A DNA stretch of 64,000 bases from Cenarchaeum sp. (GTDB lineage: Archaea; Thermoproteota; Nitrososphaeria; Nitrososphaerales; Nitrosopumilaceae): NCBI GenBank assembly GCA_963693095.2, contig OY843768.1, positions 1,536,001-1,600,000 of the forward strand, given 5' to 3'. A program made the translations under genes and the position numbers. The notes beneath the pieces are model-generated. The model was not told the DNA's origin. It saw nothing but the letters and a program-made list of their open reading frames with translations, and ran no database searches. Shown here in pieces: positions 27,728 through 36,582 of this stretch (position 1 is the stretch's first letter; the number at the start of each line of letters is the position of its first letter).

Positions 27728-29527
27728 CTATGCGGCGATTGCCGTGGCGTCAGGGTTTTTTGCGCGCGCCTCTGCCTCAAGCGCCTCGTTGTGGCGTCCG
27801 AGTTTGCGCAGTATCATGGCCCTGTTCTTGTGCCATTCGGCACGGTCAGAGTTCATCGAGATCGCGTGGTTTATTGTATCAAGCGCCTCGTTGTGGCGTC
27901 CAAGTTTGTGTAGTATCATGGCCTTGCTCAGGTGCCATTCGGCACGGTCAGAGTCCATCGAGATCGCGCGAACCACTGTCTTAAGTGCCTCGTTGCTGCG
28001 CTCGAGGTCGTTCAAGATGACTGCCTTGTTGGCATATGTCACACTGCTTGGATCCAGCTCAAGCGCGCGGTCTATTGCCTTAAGCGCATCGTTGTCGCGC
28101 CCGAGGCCGCGCAGTGCAAATGTCCTGTACCTGTGCAATACGGCATCATCGGACGTCTTTGCGACCATCTTGTCAAGGATCTCAAGCGCATCGGCATGGC
28201 GGCCAAGCAGGCAGTTATAGACGGACATGGCCGCATCCACATCATCTGCGCCAACAATAACTGCAGAGCCGCCGGCTACAAGGTCGATGTTCAGCGGGTT
28301 ATAAGATATTGAGAGTCCCTGCGTGCCGTTCTTCTGAACTCTGTGACCTAGGTCGTACGCCCTTAGGGTTGTTGCGGCCGGATCAAAGACCAGGTCTGGC
28401 GGCGGCGTCAGGGCAAACGTCCGCTTGCCTCTGTTGCGCCCGCAGAGCTCTTCGGCCATGACACCGCCGAGCTCGCCTGCCGGAACGCGCTCCGTGCCGC
28501 AGACGATGCACTCGTCAGCGCGAAACGTCCTCGTTGTCGAAAAGTCCATTGTGTCAATGTCAACGTGGAGTATGCGGCCTGCTAGCGCAGGCTCCTTGCC
28601 GGTCAAGAGGCGCGCGGCCTCAGATGCCTCTATTCCGCCAACGATCGACAGGACTGCGGGGTTTACGCCCTCTATGCTGCACGTCGGCATGGCGTCCTCG
28701 TCAAGCGCGGGGAACACGCAGTGATAGCACGCAGTCTTTTCTGGCACTATGGTGAGTGCCTGGCCGCTCACGCCGACGGCAGCGCCACTGACGAACGGTA
28801 TGCCGGCTCCGACGCATGCGCGGTTTAGCGCGTATCGCGCGTTTACACTATCAAGTGCGTCTATAACTACGTCGCAGCCCGCAATGACGCCAGCTGCGTT
28901 GGCCGCGTTCACCGAGACTGCCCTCTCCTCGACGATCACATTGGTGTTCATGGCGCGTAGGCGCTTGGCGGCGGCCTCTACCTTTACCTTTCCCACGTCA
29001 TCTTCCGTAAAGAGCACCTGTCTGTGGAGGTTTGAGAACTCGATGACGTCGCGGTCGACTAGACGCACGTGGCCAACGCCCATGCCAACTAGCCTGGCCG
29101 CTATCGGGTGACCGAGTCCGCCGACGCCGACGATGCATACGTGTGAGGCTCGCAGCTTTAGCTGACCCTCATATCCAATTCCCTCTAGCATGACCTGGCG
29201 CGAGTACCTGTCGAGATCACGAGGCGATAGCTCACCAGAGCCGCCGGCGACGGCCGGCAGGAGATAGACCTCATCACCGTCACTGAGCGCAGTGCCTAGG
29301 CCGCCAGAGAACTGGGCGTTCTTGCCGTTGACGTACATGTTTACAAGCGCGCGCGGCACGGGCTCGGGGGCCTTTGGGTCCTCGAGAACCTTGCGCGCAA
29401 AGTCCTCGCCCATCTCGCCGACGGCTACGCGAAGCGCGTCTCGCAGCGTGGTCGCATCGATCTCTAGCTTTTTCTCGCCGCCACCGGCATTGAGCACAGA
29501 GGGCACGACAAAGCTGATCTTGGCCAT
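27728..29527 (-). CDS. ThiS/MoaD ubiquitin-like + ThiF/MoeB (E1-like) fusion with C-terminal TPR repeats
   Basis: Beta-grasp domain ending PAVAGG; RYSRQ, GVGGLG, SNLHRQ, CYHC and PTC (E1 Cys) motifs; about four 34-aa TPR units at the C-terminus. Confidence 0.9.
   Translation of the reverse strand: MAKISFVVPSVLNAGGGEKKLEIDATTLRDALRVAVGEMGEDFARKVLEDPKAPEPVPRALVNMYVNGKNAQFSGGLGTALSDGDEVYLLPAVAGGSGELSPRDLDRYSRQVMLEGIGYEGQLKLRASHVCIVGVGGLGHPIAARLVGMGVGHVRLVDRDVIEFSNLHRQVLFTEDDVGKVKVEAAAKRLRAMNTNVIVEERAVSVNAANAAGVIAGCDVVIDALDSVNARYALNRACVGAGIPFVSGAAVGVSGQALTIVPEKTACYHCVFPALDEDAMPTCSIEGVNPAVLSIVGGIEASEAARLLTGKEPALAGRILHVDIDTMDFSTTRTFRADECIVCGTERVPAGELGGVMAEELCGRNRGKRTFALTPPPDLVFDPAATTLRAYDLGHRVQKNGTQGLSISYNPLNIDLVAGGSAVIVGADDVDAAMSVYNCLLGRHADALEILDKMVAKTSDDAVLHRYRTFALRGLGRDNDALKAIDRALELDPSSVTYANKAVILNDLERSNEALKTVVRAISMDSDRAEWHLSKAMILHKLGRHNEALDTINHAISMNSDRAEWHKNRAMILRKLGRHNEALEAEARAKNPDATAIAA
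27777..27980. repeat. Two tandem 102-bp TPR-coding repeats
   Basis: TCAAGCGCCTCGTTGTGGCGTCC... recurs at 27777 and 27879 with high identity. Confidence 0.85.
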
Positions 29528-29872
29528 CTAGGAGACCACCCACTCCGTAACATCCTTTTTGCACGTGGGGCACCACACGCTCAGGCTCTCCCCAAAGATA
29601 CTCATCGCAGCTGGCAGCCCTATGCCATCCTTGTCCTCGCCCCACCTTGTCACGGGCTTTTTGCACGTGCGGCAGTGCCACAGTGTCTCCTTGACACCGG
29701 CCATCTTGGCCACAAGGTTGCTCACGCCTGAGTTACGCGTGTTGCAGTCGCCGCATATTCGGCGCACAGAAGCGCCATGTATTCTGTTCTTGCCTGGAGG
29801 AACTTTGGTTCCACAGTGGCCGCATCGAAAGAACGTGACGCAGTCGTCAGTCATGCGCTCCATCTCGGCCAT
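29528..29872 (-). CDS. Double zinc-ribbon protein (4 x CxxC)
   Basis: CGHC, CGDC, CRTC, CPTC. Abuts thrC and the Ubl-E1 gene with zero-gap TAG/ATG junctions. Confidence 0.75.
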   Translation of the reverse strand: MAEMERMTDDCVTFFRCGHCGTKVPPGKNRIHGASVRRICGDCNTRNSGVSNLVAKMAGVKETLWHCRTCKKPVTRWGEDKDGIGLPAAMSIFGESLSVWCPTCKKDVTEWVVS

Positions 29873-31075
29873 CTAGCGTGCCACCGCCTCCATGACCGGC
29901 ACGGGTGTCGGCGCCTTTAGTAGCGGCGAGAGCGGCTCGATGGCCTTTAGGCCGTTGCCCGTCACATAGCACACGACAGTCTCATCACGCTCGACGAGGC
30001 CCGACTCGACCATCTTTTTGAGGACCGCGACGGACACGCCGCCGGCCGGCTCGGTGAATATGCCCTCGGTCCGCGCGAGGAGCAGTATGGCATCGAGTAT
30101 CTCGGCGTCGCCGGCCTCCTCGGCAGTCCCCGAGCTCGCCCTTAGCCTGCGCACGACGTACGGCCCGTCGCCGGGGTCGCCTATCGCCAGGCTCTTGGCG
30201 ACAGTCTCTGGCCTCTCAACGGGCACCACACGGCCACCGTTGCGAAACGCCGTGACTACTGGCGCGCATCCCGTGGGCTGGGCCGCGTCGACCTTCATGC
30301 CAGAGATCTCGCCGACGAGTGAGTGCTCGTGGAGCTCCTCAAAGCCCTTGCATATCGCGTTGAGCATCGCGCCGCTGCCAACGGGCACGACGAGGCGGTC
30401 GGGAACCTCCCAGCCGAGCTGCTCGGCGGCCTCGTAGGCCAGCGTCTTTGAGCCCTCGACATAATATGACCTCATGTTGATGTTGACGATGCCGTGGCCC
30501 TCGCGGTCACCGGCACGCGCGGCCATCCTGTTGGCGTCATCATACGTGCCATCAACTGAGATGAGCTCGGCGCCGTACGAGAGGGCCTGCACGACCTTTG
30601 GCGGCTCGATCTCAGCCGGTGCCCAAACCCTGCAGCGCAGGCCGGCGGCGGCCGCATGGGCCGCAGTTGCCGAGGCGAGGTTGCCTGTCGACGCGCAGCC
30701 GACTGCCGGCAGGCCGAGCTCGACGGATTTCGAGACTGCAACGCCAGCAGGCCTGTCCTTGAACGAGAATGTTGGGTTCATCGAGTCGTTCTTTATGTAG
30801 AGCCGGTCCAGGCCGATGGCCTTGCCGAGCCTCTTTGCGTGCGTGAGTGGCGTCATGCCGGCGCCAATGTTGATGATGTTTGAGCTTGACATGATGGGCA
30901 GCAGCTCGGCGTAGCGCCAGTACGTCGGCTCGCGAGACGCGATGGCCTCACGCGAGACTGTCACGCCGCTGTATTTCACGTCTAGTGGCCCAAAGCACGT
31001 GTCGCACACGTAGCGAAACGTCGGCTCGTGCTCGGCCCCGCACTCGCGGCACACGAGCGATATTGCCCTCTCCAT
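29873..31075 (-). CDS. thrC: Threonine synthase (PLP, Zn-ribbon N-terminus)
   Basis: NPTFSFKDR PLP lysine, ASTGN, PVGSG, TEPAGG, TGNGLK. Confidence 0.88.
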   Translation of the reverse strand: MERAISLVCRECGAEHEPTFRYVCDTCFGPLDVKYSGVTVSREAIASREPTYWRYAELLPIMSSSNIINIGAGMTPLTHAKRLGKAIGLDRLYIKNDSMNPTFSFKDRPAGVAVSKSVELGLPAVGCASTGNLASATAAHAAAAGLRCRVWAPAEIEPPKVVQALSYGAELISVDGTYDDANRMAARAGDREGHGIVNINMRSYYVEGSKTLAYEAAEQLGWEVPDRLVVPVGSGAMLNAICKGFEELHEHSLVGEISGMKVDAAQPTGCAPVVTAFRNGGRVVPVERPETVAKSLAIGDPGDGPYVVRRLRASSGTAEEAGDAEILDAILLLARTEGIFTEPAGGVSVAVLKKMVESGLVERDETVVCYVTGNGLKAIEPLSPLLKAPTPVPVMEAVAR

Positions 31076-31151
31076 GGCTGCGCTATTCACGCGTGAACCT
31101 CTTAAAGGGCGCTAATATCAAGTTTAGTGTGACTTAACACGCACGCGTGCG

Positions 31152-31799
31152 CTATATGGCCGCAGATGCGGCCCCGTCAACTGCTATGGTCTGGCCCGAG
31201 AGGTACTTTACGCGGTTCTCGACGATCCCGCGCACCAGGCCCCCAATCTCGGCGGGCTCGCCGACGCGGCCGGCTGGCAGGTCTTTTGCATAGGTGTCCA
31301 CGTCGCCGACGAGCTCGCGCAGGCGATCCGTGTTGATGGGTCCGGGCGCAATGTTGATCACGCTGACCTGCCTCCTTGCAAGTGTCCTGCTCAGGACCTT
31401 TAGCACGCTAGAGAGCGCTGACCTGTATGCGCCAGACATGACAAGCCTCTCGGATGGTTCGCGCACAACGCTAGAGCTTATGAGAAATATGTACCCACCG
31501 TCGCGAATGCGCACCTCCTTGAGCAGGATGCACATTCCCAAAAAGAGCTGGTTGTGATACTTTAGCCACTCGTTCACTGCAATGTCGGCGAACTCTTTTG
31601 GCGGCGGGCCGCCCGTGTTGAGAACTAGTATGTCAGTCTCGGGGTGCGAGCGCGCAAACGCCATGACACTGTCGAGATCAGACGTGTCAATCTCGTTTCG
31701 TGATGTCGCAGTGACTGTGTGTCCGACGGCCCGCAGCGACTCGGCGATCGCGCCGCCAATCCCGCGCGAGCCGCCAATGACTATCGCCTCATCGGCCAT
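31152..31799 (-). CDS. SDR family oxidoreductase
   Basis: GGSRGIG, NTGGPP, APGPINTDR, VDGA. Confidence 0.88.
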   Translation of the reverse strand: MADEAIVIGGSRGIGGAIAESLRAVGHTVTATSRNEIDTSDLDSVMAFARSHPETDILVLNTGGPPPKEFADIAVNEWLKYHNQLFLGMCILLKEVRIRDGGYIFLISSSVVREPSERLVMSGAYRSALSSVLKVLSRTLARRQVSVINIAPGPINTDRLRELVGDVDTYAKDLPAGRVGEPAEIGGLVRGIVENRVKYLSGQTIAVDGAASAAI

Positions 31800-31802
31800 G
31801 CG

Positions 31803-32051
31803 CTATTCTCCGGCGAGCTCCGTTATCTCCGTCACTGTCGCCATTACAGAGTCCATGCGGACAACTGCGCGGCCATCGGCCCAGCCGAGCGCGACGTACC
31901 AGTCGCCAGAGTCATCATGGTATTTCGTCTCTAGCGTCTCTATGGAGGCCGGCTCGACGCCCTCGCGCCGCGCTATGGCCGAGACGGCAAGCGAGACGGC
32001 GTCTGACTCTTTCTCGAGGCGGCGCTTCATGAGCCCTATTCCCGGTGCCAT
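31803..32051 (-). CDS. Small hypothetical protein
   Basis: Operonic with the SDR; TATATA ~25 nt upstream. Confidence 0.7.
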   Translation of the reverse strand: MAPGIGLMKRRLEKESDAVSLAVSAIARREGVEPASIETLETKYHDDSGDWYVALGWADGRAVVRMDSVMATVTEITELAGE

Positions 32052-32139
32052 GGCAGGCAGCGCCGAGGGGGCCGTATATACACCTTGGAGGCGCGCACAG
32101 GTGCGCCTTTATATCATGGATTTCTAGACGCGCGCATCG

Positions 32140-32736
32140 ATGCTCGGGACACTATACCGGATTCTCGGCGCGAGGCCACGCGCGAACTCGCTGCTCGGCG
32201 CAGCGGCGCTCCTCGCGACGTTTGGGACCTCGCAGACGGTGGCTAGCGGCGTGTGGGACGCGATATCGCACATAATGCGCGAGCCAGAGCAGTTTTGGTC
32301 CATACAGCACGTAGCCGTCTATGCCGGAGTCGCCCTAGTCGCCGGCTCGGCCGCACTCGCATACACCCTCCTCGTGTGGCAGCGCGACTCGCTTTCAGGC
32401 CCACAGAGGCGCGCGCTAGCCATAGTCATAGCCGGCGCAATGCTGCAGATAGTCTCCGGATATGCCGACTCGGTCTCGCATGACACGTACGGCATCGACG
32501 GACTCGTGTCGTGGTCGCACCAGCCCCTTGAGGCCGGCCTCGTGGCAAGCTCGCTTGGCGGCGTGCTCCTCTTGCGCCATGCCGGCCCGCGCGTGCGTCT
32601 CCTGGCTCCCGTCTCGGCAGTGGTCCTCGTCGCCTCCTCGATGTGGCTTGCCTTTAACCTCCTCCTAGTGCCGGCTGCAACAATGCTCTGCCTTCCGGTC
32701 TACAAGGTGTTCTCATCAGGCTGCGCTGTGATGTAG
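32140..32736 (+). CDS. Integral membrane protein with two D-x3-H-x12-H motifs
   Basis: About five hydrophobic helices; D40/H44/H57 and D110/H114/H127; TTTATA upstream. Confidence 0.8.
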   Translation: MLGTLYRILGARPRANSLLGAAALLATFGTSQTVASGVWDAISHIMREPEQFWSIQHVAVYAGVALVAGSAALAYTLLVWQRDSLSGPQRRALAIVIAGAMLQIVSGYADSVSHDTYGIDGLVSWSHQPLEAGLVASSLGGVLLLRHAGPRVRLLAPVSAVVLVASSMWLAFNLLLVPAATMLCLPVYKVFSSGCAVM

Positions 32737-33194
32737 CGCACTATTGCGACGCATGACCACACGACAACTGCAACGACGCCGATGACGAGTGCGGCTGCCG
32801 GATACATTGTCTGCGCAGAGCTTGTCTGGCCAACCTCGAGTGAGACCGTTGATGGGGCAGCCGAGGCGAGTGTCGCGCGAACAGTGTGCTCACCAGACCT
32901 TGTCACCATGAAATAGTCCACAGAGCTCATAGTCGACACAACGTCATCAAAGAGTTCATCACCAGTCGGCGAGATGACGGTGATCCTGGCCGCCGTGCGC
33001 GGCGAGTCGAGCTTTACGCCAATGAACGCCGTGTCAGGCGCCTCGAGGTTTGCGCGCATCTCGGCATGGCGACCCTGGCCCAACGGGAATGATCCCAGTG
33101 TCGGCTCGCCTGCGCCCATCTGCATGATGGCCACGCCGATGATGCCGGCTGCCATCATGACGAGTCCCGCATAGAGGAGTGCGCGCATTTGCAT
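32700..33194 (-). CDS. Membrane-anchored beta-sandwich (GOLD-like) protein
   Basis: N- and C-terminal TM helices flank a beta-rich domain (ITVISPTG...SGEHTV). Start trimmed to MQMRALL. Confidence 0.7.
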   Translation of the reverse strand: MQMRALLYAGLVMMAAGIIGVAIMQMGAGEPTLGSFPLGQGRHAEMRANLEAPDTAFIGVKLDSPRTAARITVISPTGDELFDDVVSTMSSVDYFMVTRSGEHTVRATLASAAPSTVSLEVGQTSSAQTMYPAAALVIGVVAVVVWSCVAIVRYITAQPDENTL

Positions 33195-33319
33195 GCGGCG
33201 CAGGCCCGCAGGCGCACAAATAAACCAAGGGGGCGACGTGCCAGGACCGGTCAGTTGTCGGCGGGAGCCGGCCACGCAGCACACCCCATCTCGCAGCACA
33301 CACCCATAGACCTGCCAAG

Positions 33320-33394
33320 AGGGCTCGGAGGGCTTCGATCCCTCGATCTGGCGGTCCGAAGCCGCCCGCACTATCCTGACTGTGCCACGAGTCC
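33320..33394 (-). tRNA. tRNA-Arg(TCG)
   Basis: GGACTCG/CGAGCCC acceptor (one mismatch), D-arm GCAC/GTGC, anticodon arm GGCGG-CT TCG GA-CCGCC, T-arm GAGGG-ATCGAAG-CCCTC. Confidence 0.88.
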
Positions 33395-33434
33395 GCCCAA
33401 GCGATAATATCAGAGTGCTAAAAGTCTTGCACCG

Positions 33435-34610
33435 ATGAAGGTCTCAAGAAAGGTAATGGGCGTAGAGTATGCCATACGCGACATAGTCGCCGAGGCCCAG
33501 AGGCTCGAGGCCGCAGGCCGGCAGGTCACGTACCTCAACATCGGCGACCCGCCGTGGTACGGTTTTCAGCCGCCGCGCGTGGTCCTCGAGGCCCTCACGC
33601 GGGCCGCACTAGACGGCCACACGCACTATGCGCCATCAGAGGGAATCGCCGAGCTGCGATCCGAGATTGCAAAAAAAGAGGCCTCAAAGGGCCTCGAGTG
33701 CGGGCCGGATGACATTCTCGTGACAAACGGCGTCTCAGAAGCCCTTGACATGGTCATATCCTCGATAGTCGAGGACGGCGACGAGGTTCTCCTGCCCGGC
33801 CCGTACTATCCGCCATACGCGTCGTACATTCGCCTCCATGGCGGCGTGCCAGTAGAGTTTGCCACGAACCTCGAGTCCTCGAGTCCGGACATTGATGACA
33901 TTCGCTCAAAGATAACCGAGCGAACCGTTGCAATCTGCCTCATAAACCCAAACAACCCGTCAGGCACTGTCTTTGGCAAGGCCGACCTTGCGCGCATAGT
34001 TGACATTGCCGCAGAGCATGACATGTATGTCATATGCGACGAGATATACGACGAGATCGTCTTTGATGCTGAGTTTGCCGGCATTGGCAGCGTTGCGCGT
34101 GACGCCGGAGTCATCGTCCTCAACGGGTTCTCCAAGGGTCACCTGATGACGGGCTTTCGCGCCGGATACATGGCGTTCTCGCAAACCCCAAAGCTCGACG
34201 CAATCCGCGAGCACCTGCCAAAGCTTGCGCGCGTGCGCATTGCCGCATGCCTTCCCGTCCAACACGCCGCGCTAGCCTCGCTGCGCGGTTCGCGCGAACA
34301 CCTTGGCGAGTTCGTCTCGCAGGTCAAGGAGAGGCGCGATGTCATTGTGCGCGGATTGAACTCCATTCCCGGCATATCTTGCTCTAGCCCGCGCGGCGCG
34401 TTCTATGCGTTTCCGCGCATAGAGGATGCGCGGTTTTCTGATGACCGCAAGTTTGTCCTAGGCCTCCTCGAGTCAAAGGGCATACTCACCGTCCATGGGT
34501 CAGGATTTGGCAAGACGTACGGCTCGGGGCACTTTCGCGTCGTGTTTCTCGCGCCTCCTAGCACGCTAGAGGGCGCAGTCGAGGCCATACGCTCGTACAT
34601 GGCTCAATAG
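33435..34610 (+). CDS. Class I/II PLP aminotransferase (Asp/Ala type)
   Basis: LNIGDP, NPNNPSG, DEIY, FSKGHLMTGFRAG. Confidence 0.92.
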   Translation: MKVSRKVMGVEYAIRDIVAEAQRLEAAGRQVTYLNIGDPPWYGFQPPRVVLEALTRAALDGHTHYAPSEGIAELRSEIAKKEASKGLECGPDDILVTNGVSEALDMVISSIVEDGDEVLLPGPYYPPYASYIRLHGGVPVEFATNLESSSPDIDDIRSKITERTVAICLINPNNPSGTVFGKADLARIVDIAAEHDMYVICDEIYDEIVFDAEFAGIGSVARDAGVIVLNGFSKGHLMTGFRAGYMAFSQTPKLDAIREHLPKLARVRIAACLPVQHAALASLRGSREHLGEFVSQVKERRDVIVRGLNSIPGISCSSPRGAFYAFPRIEDARFSDDRKFVLGLLESKGILTVHGSGFGKTYGSGHFRVVFLAPPSTLEGAVEAIRSYMAQ

Positions 34611-35005
34611 GACCACGAGGAGACGCGCCCTATGGATATCTCGATGGCACAGTCGGTTCCCTCAAGCAGCTCGCGCGCGCTGTCTGAGTCAGCATCCATG
34701 TATCTTGAGATTATGCGCCTAGCTATCTCCCTGGCCCTGTCCGGCTCGTCGACGAGCTGTGCGGAGCCAGAGCCGGCAACGCCGCGCACGCCGGGCGAGC
34801 GCACGCCGACGTCAACGCAGAATGCGGCGCGCCGGCTCGCGGCGACGTTCTTTGCCTTTATTGTGCTCGAGTGCGTCCCGATGCGTATCGTGTCACCGTC
34901 GAGCTCGTACCAGACCGGCACGACGTGCGGCTCACCGGCCGCAGACACCGTTGCGAGGCGCATCGTCACGCCATCTCGCAAGAATGCCGCTATCTCCTCA
35001 TCCAT
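34604..35005 (-). CDS. Pyridoxamine 5'-phosphate oxidase / F420-dependent split-barrel protein
   Basis: RLATVSAAGEPHVVPVWY and K.KN..A motifs. Confidence 0.85.
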   Translation of the reverse strand: MDEEIAAFLRDGVTMRLATVSAAGEPHVVPVWYELDGDTIRIGTHSSTIKAKNVAASRRAAFCVDVGVRSPGVRGVAGSGSAQLVDEPDRAREIARRIISRYMDADSDSARELLEGTDCAIEISIGRVSSWSY

Positions 35006-35220
35006 CGCCTGCGAACCCCATAGAGTGCAAGTGCTGCGCCAAAGCCGGCCATTGCGGCAGACACCTTTTCGTTTGTCAGCTCATCATTGACAAGATAGTC
35101 ATAAAAGAACTCTGGCCCCACCAGAACGAGCTGGCGGACGACGACGATGCCTGCTGAAACGATAAAGAGAATTCCCATTGCGACATGCCAGGTCATGCGG
35201 GTATGTTCGCCGTCGCGCAT
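34990..35220 (-). CDS. Small 2-TM membrane protein
   Basis: Two hydrophobic segments; operonic between npdG and the PPOX gene. Confidence 0.65.
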   Translation of the reverse strand: MRDGEHTRMTWHVAMGILFIVSAGIVVVRQLVLVGPEFFYDYLVNDELTNEKVSAAMAGFGAALALYGVRRRWMRR

Positions 35221-35226
35221 TCTCGC

Positions 35227-35901
35227 TCAAACGAGCTTTATTCCAGGACTCTTTAGCTTGTTGCGGATCATTGCGTTGAGGAGAAGCGGTGTGGCGACCT
35301 CGGCCATGTACGCAAGGCCGCCGCCGCCGAGGCGCAGCGCGCGAAGCCCCTCAATGTCAGAGACGAGCGAGCAGACTGCATCAACGCACTCTGCAGAGTC
35401 GCCGCACACGAATATGTCATAGTCAAGCGCGCGCGTGGGGTCGGCGAGCTTTTTCTCGGATATGACATGGAACGCCGAGACGAGCCTTGCCGCATCGCGC
35501 ATGTGGGCCGCGACTGACTCGTGGGCAGTCTTTTTGCGGTCGCGAAACGGCACAAACTCAAATCCGACATCTGTCTTTTCCATCGGCACGATCGGCGATA
35601 TGACGATGCACGAGTCGCGCGTTAGGGGAAGGAGGCTCGAGCACACGGCATCAATGTTCTCGTATGGTATCGAGAGGACGAGCGCATCAGAGGCGGCGGC
35701 GACATCCTCGTTGGACGCCCCAGAGATGTTGGCTGCTGCCTGTGAGCCCACCGCGTCGCCGGCGATCGTCGCATACTCGGAGGCCGCCGTGCGCGCCCGC
35801 TCGGCGTCGCGTGAGCCTATGATGACCTCGTGGCGCGCGGCCCATCGGAGCGCAAATCCCTTGCCCATCGCGCCGGTTCCGCCGATAATTCCAATCTTCA
35901 C
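35227..35901 (-). CDS. npdG: NADPH-dependent F420 reductase
   Basis: GTG start KIGIIGGTGAMGKG; IIGSRD; SAFH; CGD. Confidence 0.88.
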   Translation of the reverse strand: MKIGIIGGTGAMGKGFALRWAARHEVIIGSRDAERARTAASEYATIAGDAVGSQAAANISGASNEDVAAASDALVLSIPYENIDAVCSSLLPLTRDSCIVISPIVPMEKTDVGFEFVPFRDRKKTAHESVAAHMRDAARLVSAFHVISEKKLADPTRALDYDIFVCGDSAECVDAVCSLVSDIEGLRALRLGGGGLAYMAEVATPLLLNAMIRNKLKSPGIKLV

Positions 35902-35958
35902 GGTGCGACAGGCGATAATCTTATTATTATCTCTAGCGGGCAGGCACGATAAGTCCCA

Positions 35959-36582
35959 ATGGCATCTATCGTCTTTATGCGCCACGGGCAGGCCGAGAAC
36001 AACACAAAACGCGTGCTCGCGGGGCGCACTGGGGGAGTCAAGCTCACAGAGCTCGGAAGGAGGCAGGCCGAGGGCGCAGCACGCCTAGTCGAGGAGATGG
36101 GCATCGGCGCGATATACTGCAGCCCGATCGAGCGGACCCTCCATACTGCTGAGATCGTCGGCGGGCGGGCCGGCATACAGCCCACCGTCGATGAGCGCCT
36201 CACGGAGCTGGAGATGGGCCAGTTCACCGGCATGCGCTATGACGAGATAGCCTCGCTCCACGGAAACGTCTTTTTCAAGTTCTACAGCGGCGACGTCGAG
36301 ATAGCGCGCAGTGGTGTCGAGACCTTTGAGAGCGTCCGCGAGCGCGTGCGCTCGGTCGCCGCCGACGTTGCCGCAAGGCATCCGGACACCGGCGTTCTCC
36401 TCGTGACCCACATGGACCCAATAAAGGCGATGCTTGCTGACACGATGGGCCTGTCTGCGGAACTCCTCACCAAGATGATCATCGCCAACGCGTCGATGAC
36501 CGTGTTTGGCCGGGGCACGGACTCGCTTTATGCGCGCGCCGTCAACGTCGTCGAGCCTGCGCGCTATGCGCAGGACTGGTAG
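35959..36582 (+). CDS. Histidine phosphatase / phosphoglycerate mutase family
   Basis: RHGQ, SPIERT..TA and VTH motifs. Confidence 0.9.
   Translation: MASIVFMRHGQAENNTKRVLAGRTGGVKLTELGRRQAEGAARLVEEMGIGAIYCSPIERTLHTAEIVGGRAGIQPTVDERLTELEMGQFTGMRYDEIASLHGNVFFKFYSGDVEIARSGVETFESVRERVRSVAADVAARHPDTGVLLVTHMDPIKAMLADTMGLSAELLTKMIIANASMTVFGRGTDSLYARAVNVVEPARYAQDW

Noticed and set aside
27607-27780. 58-aa N-terminal extension of the giant ORF in the track
   Set aside because: Overlaps the TPR gene and the TATA box; the signal peptide begins at 27606
32140-32736. amoC itself
   Set aside because: Only the motif spacing matches and it occurs twice; the rest does not resemble the highly conserved archaeal AmoC, and no amoA/B/X are nearby
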